The notes beneath the pieces are model-generated. The model worked only from the letters and a program-made list of their open reading frames with translations, was not told the DNA's origin and did no database searches. A DNA stretch of 63,996 nt, filler included, from Basidiobolus ranarum (taxonomy: Eukaryota): NCBI GenBank assembly GCA_040143965.1. It is 6 parts of 6 records of this genome, joined end to end, with 100 filler letters (N's around TTAATTAATTAA, not from the genome) between each part and the next. Parts side by side here need not be neighbours in the genome. Positions count along the whole stretch, not along the records: positions 1 to 10,785 come from JASJQH010000666.1; 5 more parts are not named here. The stretch is one strand, 5' to 3'. The translations under genes and the position numbers were made by a program. Every line of letters begins with the position of its first letter. Position 1 is the stretch's first letter. This document shows positions 1 through 10,142 of the stretch, piece by piece.

Positions 1-1069
1 GCAAGGGGATCGCGCGACGAAGCTGCACTTGGTGAAAGCAGTGGTCCCATGGCGCTCGCTTCACACTGGCCAAAATCATGTAAACGCTGAAATGGATCCT
101 ACTTAGGAATGTGAAGTTCGCCAAGCAATCAAAGATCGCGATATGCAAGTGGTTGGCTGGTATCACTCTCATCCCACTTTTGCACCGGATCCTTCTCTTG
201 TTGATATGGAAAACCAACGCAACTATCAGCATCTGTTCCGACATGAAGGCTCCGAGGATGAGCCTTTTGTAGGTGCTATTGTTGGTATGTATACTTCACA
301 CATTTGATTCCACATGTCAGAATATGCTCACATTATCTCAGGCCCTTATGATCCAAGACTTCCGGGATCCTCCTCCGTCATTAACTGGTTCTATTCTAGC
401 ACCTACGCGGACGAACGAGGTCACCCTAAAAGACTGATTTTCGATTTGGTAGAGAATTCTGATCTACCTTCCATCCAAGCCGATGAATGGGTAAGTGCTT
501 TCTCAACTGTTACATTGGCTTGTTAGCCTGTATCACTATAATCAGTCACTAACAGACATTTGATGATCATCCTTAACTGATTGCAGCTAAAACTCATAAG
601 CGAATATCAAGTGTCACCTGAAAAGGTCTGCTTATCAGATTCATGGCGCCCAGGGCACTCTGAGACCAAGCTAGAGAAGATGGTAAATTCTTTAGCAGGC
701 CGCATGCCTTGGCTCCGTGTCGAACCAAGTGAAACTCCTGATAATCAAGATAGTGAAGACAAACAAGAAGTTCTACCACCAATTCAAGAATCTTTGCCTC
801 CAATGCAACCAGATACACCCATCGATGTAGCTCCCAATCCTCCAGCTACCAATGAAACTTTAGTTACAAATGAAGAAAAGCCCCCTTCCGCTTCTGAGTT
901 GGACAGCGTAACACAATCAGATAGCGAAAGTGACCAAGATCAGACGGAGTTTTCAGCAAATAGTACACAAAGTAGCCTACTCGAGGCTCAATGTCCAGTA
1001 GTGGATCTAGAGAAGCAGAAAGAGGATTATTTCTTATCAAAGCTCGTGGATCAATTGCAAAATTGGTAG
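1..1069 (+). CDS. MPN+/JAMM domain protein (MYSM1/MPND-like), 3' part, 5'-truncated; exons <1-284, 342-490, 587-1069
   Basis: Translation gives VVGWYHSHPTFAPDPSLVDMENQRNYQ (intact H-x-H-x7-S-x2-D JAMM motif), then PFVGAIVGPYDPRLP across GT-AG intron 285-341; second intron 491-586. In-frame TAG at 104-106 lies near the probable contig end. Confidence 0.8.
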
Positions 1070-1687
1070 TACTTGTCTCAATCCTGATCATCGTTATCAT
1101 TAGAGGACGTTTTTGTAATATATTTCAGGTTGCTACTGTTTCAGACAAACTTCACCACACTTGGGTAAGAACAGATGTTTATTTATTTCCAACAACGACC
1201 TGTGATCCATAATATCACCTTGGCTAGGACCGGTTGTATCTTTCCAACTCTAAGCCCAGAAAAGTGGTACATCTTCATAATAAAAGTTAATCAGATTCAT
1301 TCTCTCCGAAACACTTGCTCGAACCCTAACCCCCGAGTTCGACGCTTTCCCCATAAACCCACGACCAAAAAGGAGATATTGGTCATGCCAAGGACTAACC
1401 TCTCATCGTGATACTTCTTTCCAAGTCAAAGTGAAGGCGAAAGCCATGTAACCAATCATCTTGAGTGAAGTAGTCAGGGCGTATATGTTGATATATCTTA
1501 ATCGGCTCTCAGTAGGTAACTGTGGACAGCAATAAAATAAATTTTAGCATAGTTGCAATATCGTCATATTTGGCATCATCTGGTATCATTAAGTACAAAT
1601 AGAATTTTTATAAGGTCATTGAGCCAGCGAGCCAATTGTATTCACTTATAATTCACTACCACTAGCCAATGATGATTTCTACTAGGG

Positions 1688-1753
1688 CACGTGTTTCCGA
1701 TGAAGAAAGATAGACTGGTCGCGTCCAATAGGACGTGACGATAAGTTCACGTT
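1688..1753 (+). promoter_or_regulatory. Putative Pho4-type E-boxes (CACGTG 1688-1693, CACGTT 1748-1753) upstream of a phosphoesterase gene
   Basis: Both hexamers lie 160-230 nt upstream of ATG 1915, with several CCAAT boxes and a TATA-like TATTTAAAA at ~1863. Confidence 0.35.
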
Positions 1754-1914
1754 GAGGTAAATAGTACACATTACAATGTGGTAAAGATTACTGCCGTTAG
1801 ACTAAGTTACATGACCCCGAGATATCACTAATCGGCCGATTGGGAAGTGTAAGCCGAGAAATTATTTAAAAAGACACTGTTGGCTGCTTCGGTAGCTTCT
1901 AAAACTCTTTGAAT

Positions 1915-3820
1915 ATGCGCATTTTACAATCATTATTTGCTCTCTATCTTTCGTTAACTTATGTGGATGCGTTCGGTAAAAACTGTGGCGGAGACGCCAG
2001 AATGACCCTAGATTCCCATGAGTTCAACATAAATAAGTTGAAAAAAAAGAGAACTAATGTCCCGGAGAACCTGAAGGTGGCCTTCTTTGGAGATCAAGGG
2101 CTTGGAAAAAAATCTATCGAAGTTTTGAAAATGATCAAGAAATGGGGGGCAGAAGGAGCGGTGCATTTGGGTGATTTCGATTACAAAGATAAGCCCCTCA
2201 AGTGGACACAACAATTGGATTCCGTTCTTGGCCCAGATTTTCCTTACTTCGCCGTGGTGGGAAATCATGATATTCTTCGTTGGTCTGGTCAATGGGGTTA
2301 TGGACATTACCTGATGGACAGACTTCATCGCACTAAAGCTCTGAAGCATTGCCGTGGAGAATTGGGCGTAAATATGGAATGTTACTGGAACGGATTGGTA
2401 AGTCGAGTCACTCCTTCTCTCGTTAGTGATATCATGCTGACCTTTGTTGTAGCATATAATTCTTTCAGGTGTAGGAACCATGGGTACAGGTCATGTTGAT
2501 TACACTGAAGATGCCTTCTTGTCCAGTCCAGCCACCTGGCGACTCTGTGCTTGGCACAAAAACCAACAACTCCTTCAAACTGGTTAGTCTTAATCGCAGA
2601 ATTCCGTGACAATATGAATTCTAATACAATTTGTTATTTTAAAAGGATCTAAGCAAGATGAGACTGGCTATGCTATATACGATATGTGCAGAAAATATGG
2701 GGCCATGGTTTTAACAGGTAGGTCTTGACTGGTCAGGTGTTGCTAATGAATTTGGCACTAACGTAATCATTAGGACATGTACATAGCTACTCTAGATCTC
2801 ATTTGATGAGCGATTTCTCGAAGCAAACTGTCTCTGATACGAATAACACTTTAAATCTACGCCCAGGGCACTCTTTCGTCACTGTTGCCGGGTTAGGAGG
2901 CAAGTCGATTGACAATTGGGTAAATAGTGCCGAAAAGAATGAATGGTGGGCGGCTCTAGCCAGTAAATCTGTAAGTTTTTATCCTTGTTATGATCATTTT
3001 CCACTTGCTAATTGAAACCCTTTAGAATGGTGCTAAATATGGCGCACTCTTATGTACTTTCCATATCGATGGGCTGCCTAATAAAGCTCATTGCGATTTC
3101 CGTGATATTGACGGGAGTGTTTGGGACAGTTTTGATATTATCTCTGATATTCAGAACCACGAACCACAACATGCTAACCCACTGGTTCTCCAGGAGCAAG
3201 GCATAGATAACTCAATTGTTGATACATCCAGTTGCCAAAAGGATGAGTTTTTGGAGTTTGCTGTGGAAAATGCTAACGATATCGCCACTGAGAGCATAGG
3301 TAGTGGCAATATTGAATGCGGAGGCCGAGATCTTACATTTGCCGTCGGTCTTGAAAGCCAGATAATACAGGCTCTCCGATTTGATCAGGTTTCTGTTTCA
3401 AGGCAGGACAAGATTACCAAAGCCTATCTTCAAATATTAGCTAGTGATAAGAACACCGACGTCATTGATACGGCTACCATTGGCATTCATGGTGAGAAGA
3501 CAGGCAACTCTGACGCCTTTGTTTGCGATTCTCATAAGTCACGTGTTAGTTCTCGGTCCTCAACTCAGTCAAGTGTGCATTGGGAAGGTGATGGGGAAGA
3601 GACTTTCGAAAATGGAGAGGTGTGGGTATCACCAGATATCAAGGAGATCATTCAGGAAATTGTAAATCAACCAGACTGGAAGCCAAATAACGCCCTCACA
3701 TTGTTTTTAAATGGGACTCTTTCGAATTCTATACAAGGTCGCCTATATGGCTTTGGATGGGGTAATTCAGGATGTTTCGCTCCTACTCTTGTAGTAGTAC
3801 GTGAGAACCATTGCGAGTGA
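1915..3820 (+). CDS. Secreted calcineurin-like metallophosphoesterase with a C-terminal accessory domain; exons 1915-2397, 2453-2582, 2646-2717, 2774-2970, 3026-3820
   Basis: Signal peptide MRILQSLFALYLSLTYVDA; metallophosphoesterase motifs FFGDQG, HLGDFDY, VGNHD, AWHKNQ, LTGHVHSYSR. Four GT-AG introns keep the frame open to TGA 3818-3820. Confidence 0.88.
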
Positions 3821-3876
3821 ACTTAGATATCTTTCATATGTGCTATATATATATATCCATATATCCACTGTAATTA

Positions 3877-3956
3877 TCATAGTATAAATAAAATCCTAGT
3901 TTAATATTAACATACCTCATAGTATAAATAAAATCCTAGTTTAATATTAACATACC
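3877..3956 (+). repeat. Perfect 40-bp tandem duplication in the 3' UTR/poly(A) region
   Basis: TCATAGTATAAATAAAATCCTAGTTTAATATTAACATACC occurs twice in tandem. Confidence 0.9.
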
Positions 3957-5419
3957 TAGTAGAAGTTGTAATCTTGGCCAAAATGTGAGATGGAACAAGC
4001 TTTCCTTCTGCAGTAATACTGCCCAAAATAGTTCAAGTATATATTATTATAATTGATTTGCTACAAAACTTAATCTCACCTAAGCGCCCAGATTAAGTAT
4101 GGGCCTACTCTCGAACCATCATATCATGCATTCTCTCATTTATGTGCTCGCTTTGGTCATCTTGGCTCTCAGTGTTCCCTATTCTGCTTATCATTGACAG
4201 GGAGTTCCATTACAACTATCATCACTTATGCCAGGTTTTTATAGCCATTGATACTTTCGATATTAGTGGGAATGTTAGTGCAAAAATAATCACTATATTC
4301 ATTGTCACCATAGTGATGATTCGTAGTGATGATTGCTAAAATTGTTACGCGCTCTTTCTTGGGGTAAATCTAATATATTCTCCATGTCTTCTGAGGGTCA
4401 AACCAGAATCAACTTCTTGAGTAGATAGGGACAGTGGGAAGCTCATTAGCCCTTCTAAATATTTCCTAATTACGGTAAAGAAAGATGTTCGAAAAGATCG
4501 AATTCTTCAATGAGCCCATTCATAGTATAGTGATATATTAGCATATATCTTTAATATTTCTTTTCATACATAATTTATTTTGTGGTAGAATATTTCTCTA
4601 GTCAGTAAACGGTGAACTACCCGGGTTGCAATCCGAGCTCACCTGGGTGATTTTAATCAAAATTGAGTAATGTCGCCCTGATTACATCATGTTGAAAACT
4701 AATTGTTATTATAAAATAACAGGTAAAAGTTTCCTACTGAGAATTGATTTTCTTGAAAGAATCTCCACTTGTTTTTGACCAAACAATGAGAAAATATTGA
4801 ATTATGGGATTACTTGGGATGATGACTTTTAGATCAATTTTTCTCACAATAATATTCACGAATTAGTTGAAATTAGGAATCAGGTTCACTTTTTTGCCAT
4901 GAATTCTTTGAATAATCATATTTCTGCGTTCACTTTATGATATTTACTCACACTGCTTAATCAGTGCCCAAATAATAGTCTTTGATATTATGAAAGTGAT
5001 TCCCCTACACTTGATGATGACCTTACTATTACAGTCAGTGAATCAGTTTTGGGCTCAACATTTTCTTTGCGTCAGAATTTTCCATTTTCAGTTTTATTTC
5101 TGAATGTTGTGTTACATAAGCTTCCAACTTTGATATTATATCATTTCTTGATTCATATCAATATTTTTTGCTAGTATCAATCACATCTCTTAATATCACT
5201 CAATAATCAATGTTAGTTTCCTGTGTCCTCAAAACATCAGTATAGTAGCTTTTCGCTTATTAGTAGCAATTACATATTGTATTGATATTATGACAGTGAT
5301 TTAGTTAGCATTCTTTGCATTCAAGGTAACACTTGAAGTAATATCTTCAACGAAGGTTTCTATCATTAACAGGATGTTATTGCGAAACAATACTTTGGAG
5401 TTCAGATTTCTCTGGTAAT

Positions 5420-5763
5420 TGTTGAAATTCACATAGTCTAGACATCTATATAGTTATATATAGCTCAATATTTAGTTATTCCATATTTCCCTAAGATATC
5501 ACTCGCTATTCTCAAGAGGAATTTACTTTGAATATTAACACCAACTTGGAAGTTCTCAGATATAAATATTCTCAAACTTGTCGTAGAAGTCCCAAACTTG
5601 GCACACATATTTCTGGGGCCTTTCTAAGCACATTCTACACACTTTCCGACTACATCTCAACAGAAATAGAAGTGTCAACTTTCTACTCAATAAATCAATA
5701 ACTGAAATCCATTTCTTCTAGTTCTCCAAGCCACTTCCAATAAACTCTCCAAATACTTCAACA
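5420..5763 (+). mobile_element. Solo LTR of a Ty1/Copia family
   Basis: TGTTGAA...TTCAACA termini; flanks GTAAT/GTAAC (near-perfect 5-bp TSD); similar to the reverse complement of LTRs at 26188-26530 and 43203-43350. Confidence 0.8.
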
Positions 5764-7640
5764 GTAACAACAAATTTATACATCACAACCGGCTTAACAC
5801 GAGGGAATACCTCTGACAGCTTGATAGATCATATACATCGTGATGCGACAGGTTGAAACCGGATACAAATTTTCAAAATTGTGATCGAAAGTTAGTGAAA
5901 CGAGCAGTTGATACCCACTTCCGGGATCAGGCCAATCTAAATAAATAACTTTGGCATGCCAAGGAAGACTACATAATATCGTTTAATTGATAAATACATC
6001 TAACATATTTACTGTGTTTCTTGTATCTCAACCCAAATGATCTTACTAGTCTTCAAAATTAATAACATTCACAGGCACACTTTTAAAATACTATCTTTGT
6101 CTTAAACCGGTGAAGTACCTGCCAATGTATAACAACGTACCATAAGTGTTTCTTCATTGTCATGTTTTGCTATATTCAGAGAAAGCTATCAAAGAATACT
6201 GTTACAAAACTCACATAATAAAAGAATGGTCTACAAGCTTTACACGCACTAAGAAGACTAGGTAAGGTATAGAGCTAAGCAACTTGAAAATCTACACTTT
6301 AAAATGAGCCCGGCTATGCTTGATTTTTATGTATCACTGCCTGTAACAACGGAGAGAGCCAAAAAATATTTACAGGCAAAAGAGTAATTTAAAAAAGTGA
6401 ACTCAAGATGGTATACTGATTGTATAAAGTATAGGTGCATATACTATCACAAAGAGTTGTGGAATCGTTTTCATAATGTGAAAGAATATTATTTAGGCTC
6501 TGATTAAGGTCTGTGTTAAATCTGAAGTTGATTTACGCAGTGAATGTAGAGATATTGCCATTTGAAAATACTTGCGGAAAAGTGAATCGGTTATGGGCGA
6601 GAGTAAATATGTTGCAATCAACAATGAATTACCAGTTGACTCGGCTTGTGTAAAGCCGAAATATCCACAGTAAATGTGGCTGCTCATACATATGGAGTCG
6701 GTATCTTGTATGATAGTGCTGTAAGTAAATGGTGTCCCAAGTAGTAGAAGTATCGCTAGTCACGTATCAACGAATAAGGAATAGAATTTCCCCGGCACTT
6801 CTTCATCTAGCAATCCAGCACAAAAGTATCATGAGTAGCTTGAAGTCTACAAATGTTGACGCCAAGAAGGAGCATGCGCATATATGATTACTATGATGGA
6901 GAGTAGGTTGTGGGATCATACGGGAACAATACAACTTGAGATTTTACATATGAAATAGAATTTTGTTGGTGGGCTTAATAGCAGTGAGTGGCATAATACA
7001 CCTTTCCATGATAATGATAATAAAATCAGTGTATCACTGACTTTTCTCATTTTGTTTTGAAAATTGAGATATGAGGCTAAGATACTTTACTCCATACTTA
7101 TTATTGCTTAACTGAAACTGAGTGACATTTAACAGTAATCAGGGGTAAGCACATACATCACTTTTTAATCAATTGCCTCAAGCGGTATCATGGCAAATAA
7201 CTGGCAAATGACTAGCAAATGACAGGTTGATCAATGACATAAAATTACCCAATATAAACCTGTTATACTTAGTTTTGATTACTAATCCCAAAAGGAAGCA
7301 AAATCATTGGTAGTGATTTTGGTAAAATGCAGATGTATATATACGCTATAAATAAGTAGACGGAGATGAAGGCTAGAGGCGACATTAATGAGCCGAATCA
7401 AGTTAGCTTTACTGGGTTAGGTAAATTCATATAACATTCAAGCCAATAATTAGGTGTTAGTGCTATAACAAATACTCTATTATTGGGCCCACGTCAATAG
7501 AGTTATGGCGAAAAGGTAAAAAAAATTGCGTAAGAACGGTATGGTATGATAAATCAATTGCTGACAATGTTTAAAGAGAGATTTACAACCGTGGGTTTTA
7601 TTACTATTTCCGCGGATTTTAACGAACGTTTTACCAACAG

Positions 7641-7692
7641 ATCCATATCCATATCCATATCCACATCCATATCCATACACATCCATACACAT
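7641..7692. repeat. Degenerate (ATCCAT)n hexamer microsatellite
   Basis: ATCCATATCCATATCCATATCCACATCCATATCCATACACATCCATACACAT. Confidence 0.85.
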
Positions 7693-7998
7693 GTGTGCAA
7701 AGAATGATAAAGTAGGTGGATTATAGTAGATGAAAGAACCCGAGTTGTATGCTAATACACACATAATGACTAAGAGGCCATGTGAACTAATCGCGTTACT
7801 GACGAGACACAAAGCCCCTTTTTTAAGAATTATACCATATAAAGCAGTAAGACTACCCCGAAACACAGGTAAAATGGAATTGCGGAAATCATATTTATAG
7901 TCTTGCTTGTATACCTGGAGAAATGACATACTCTCAAGTCTTTTTTGTAGACTCACTACCATACTTCTCGAATCCTTTGATTAAATTCCACCTGTCTA

Positions 7999-8774
7999 AT
8001 GGTCCAAGCTCAGCCAAAATCGTACGCAATGATGCGTAATCAGTTTGTAGAATGGTCACAGTTTGCTTCAGAGGTATATCTGAATAATGTACATGCTCTT
8101 TCATTAAAATTTGTTTAACCATTTCCATAGAATGACTGGGCTAGTGAGGCTTTGAGAGAAGGATCCTGGGAAGATAAACAGGTACCTGAACGTTGTGTTG
8201 CGATACACTACGTTATAGACAAGGATGCAAAGGTGAGCTAAAAAAGTAAATATTGATTATACATGGTCGAGGTATTGATTGACGCACCAATTTATGTAAT
8301 GCTTAGATGATTGTGAAAAAGTTATATGTCGTAACATGGTCACCAAAGTATAAGCAAATGTTCAAGGACTTGAATTTGGCGTGGGTAGAGCAGTTTTTCA
8401 AGGTTGAAGAAAACGATATTCGTCAATTGGATTATCCCGAAGAAAATATTATTAAACCTGGTGGACAGATATTTTTTCTTCTGGATGATAATAAAGTCGC
8501 TGGAACAGTGGCCATGGTAGTCCATCATGGCGAATGTGAGCTGGCAAAGATGAACGTAGCTGACGGATATCAAGGTATGGGGTATTCTCATCTACTTATG
8601 CGAGAAGGCATCGATTGGGCTAGAAAGGGAGGCTATCCGGAGATTGCTATTCTTACTGCCGTAAGGCTTTCGAAAGCTGTTGCTCTTTACAAGAATTATG
8701 GATTTGAGGTTGTTCGTCTTGGAAAACATCCGGATTATGACCGATGCGATATTATCATGCGCCTAAAATTGTAA
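7999..8774 (+). CDS. GNAT-family N-acetyltransferase with a 59-aa N-terminal extension; exons 7999-8073, 8131-8232, 8307-8774
   Basis: Exon 3 encodes CELAKMNVADGYQGMGYSHLL (acetyl-CoA motif A) and AVALYKNYGF (motif B). Two phase-0 GT-AG introns (8074-8130, 8233-8306) join two open upstream exons. Confidence 0.85.
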
Positions 8775-9273
8775 TGTTCGGTGTTGAATATATATAAATA
8801 TCTATCATACAAATTGCAGCAATATGCATAGCTAGAAACCACACTCTAAAGGAAGAAAACAGTTGTTTGTATTTATCACTGATGGGAATGTAAATATTTA
8901 GAACTTTGATTTTACAAAAATCCATTATAGCGAGTACCTGATTAGTCATGATGATTCTGATTCTTATTTTCTTGCGCACTTGTTGATCCTATAGCTATGA
9001 CAATAATAGAAAGAATGAATGCCAGTATATAGCAGATCATGTTCATAAAAGAATGAGCCTAACCCTAAGTACGTAGCAGCTTGTGTTCATAAAAGAATGA
9101 GGCTTGGGTAATTATGGATGAATAACAATTGACTAAATACTAGTTGGATTGGCAAAATAATGAATTAAATCCAGAAATGACTGTCAGATACGATATTGAA
9201 TCTATTATTAGAATGTTGCATATATATATATTCTGGAGTAGAGCACTGAGATACAGGGTTACAACAGTGTAAG

Positions 9274-9360
9274 CAATACAATGATAATCCGAACTCTAAA
9301 TTACTACTATCAATACCATGATAATCTGAACTCTAAATTACTACTATCAATACCATGATA
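9274..9360. repeat. 37-bp tandem repeat (~2.3 copies) spanning the isochorismatase stop codon
   Basis: CAATAC(A/C)ATGATAATC(C/T)GAACTCTAAATTACTACTAT at 9274-9310 and 9311-9347, partial copy at 9348-9360. Confidence 0.9.
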
Positions 9361-10142
9361 CTAAATGAAATTAGAATACCTAATCTTACATGCTCTGTGT
9401 AAGCAAGACTCGATTTTTTACTTTCATGCGAACTCTTAGGCAACGCTTTTAAAGCCGTTTCCAAACTGATCACACTCGCTTGCTGGGGAAAGAAAACATC
9501 AAGGAGTGTTTGACTAAGGGAGTAGCTTGGATCGATGACATTCTCTCGAATAATATAGATCTGGTAGTCCATATCACTACATGCTCGCATTGTAGCAAGA
9601 ATAACTCCGGAAGTGTATGCTCCAGATAGAACTACTGTGTCAATTAGATTTGCCTGGAGAAGAAGTGGTAAGGTAGATTCGAACATGGCGTCAAATCTGC
9701 GCTTTTGAACAACGAAGTCTCCATCCATAGGTGCTACATTGGAGAGTATGTTACGCTGCGTAGAGTTGATGAGTAGCTCGTTGGCACTGACATAGGGGTG
9801 GAAGGCCTTGTTTGCTTTGTTAGGTGGGAATTCTGGATACCCAGGGGTAAATTGAACCTGTGAATATGCAATCATGGGGAATCGGCCATTTGCTTTGAGT
9901 GCGTGAGTGGCATTGTACCACTTTTCCGAGGCCACTAAGAACTCATTTTGAGCAGTTTTGTTTTGTACACCAAAGACAATACCATACTCATAGTCAAGGA
10001 ACAAGTACGCAGTACGGTTATTAAACTTGAGTTCTGAATCGGTTAACTCGCCGGTAGAGTTATTGACTGAAGGAGACAATTGTGCCTTCACGAGAGTGCA
10101 GACTGCAGTAAGTGCAAGTACTTGGAAACAGAGGAGCTTCAT
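9333..10142 (-). CDS. Isochorismatase/cysteine-hydrolase-family protein with signal peptide and hydrophobic C-tail (GPI-signal or TM-like), intronless
   Basis: Motifs YLFLDYE (catalytic Asp), VVQKRRFDAM (Lys), IDTVVLSGAYTSGVILATMRACSDMDY; N-terminus MKLLCFQVLALTAVCTLVKA; C-terminus LGILISFSIMVLIVVI; five N-x-S/T sequons. ATG 10142 is preferred over the ORF-track start at 10208. Confidence 0.85.
   Translation of the reverse strand: MKLLCFQVLALTAVCTLVKAQLSPSVNNSTGELTDSELKFNNRTAYLFLDYEYGIVFGVQNKTAQNEFLVASEKWYNATHALKANGRFPMIAYSQVQFTPGYPEFPPNKANKAFHPYVSANELLINSTQRNILSNVAPMDGDFVVQKRRFDAMFESTLPLLLQANLIDTVVLSGAYTSGVILATMRACSDMDYQIYIIRENVIDPSYSLSQTLLDVFFPQQASVISLETALKALPKSSHESKKSSLAYTEHVRLGILISFSIMVLIVVI

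Noticed and set aside
104..106. Stop-codon readthrough or alternative genetic code in the MPN gene
   Set aside because: It is a single case near a probable contig end; other genes here use TAG as a normal stop (1069, 9333, 33036, 47599).
7480..8128. Minus-strand ORFs 7480-7962 and 7934-8128
   Set aside because: They are shadows of the GNAT upstream exons and promoter; the GYGYG run comes from the ATCCAT microsatellite.
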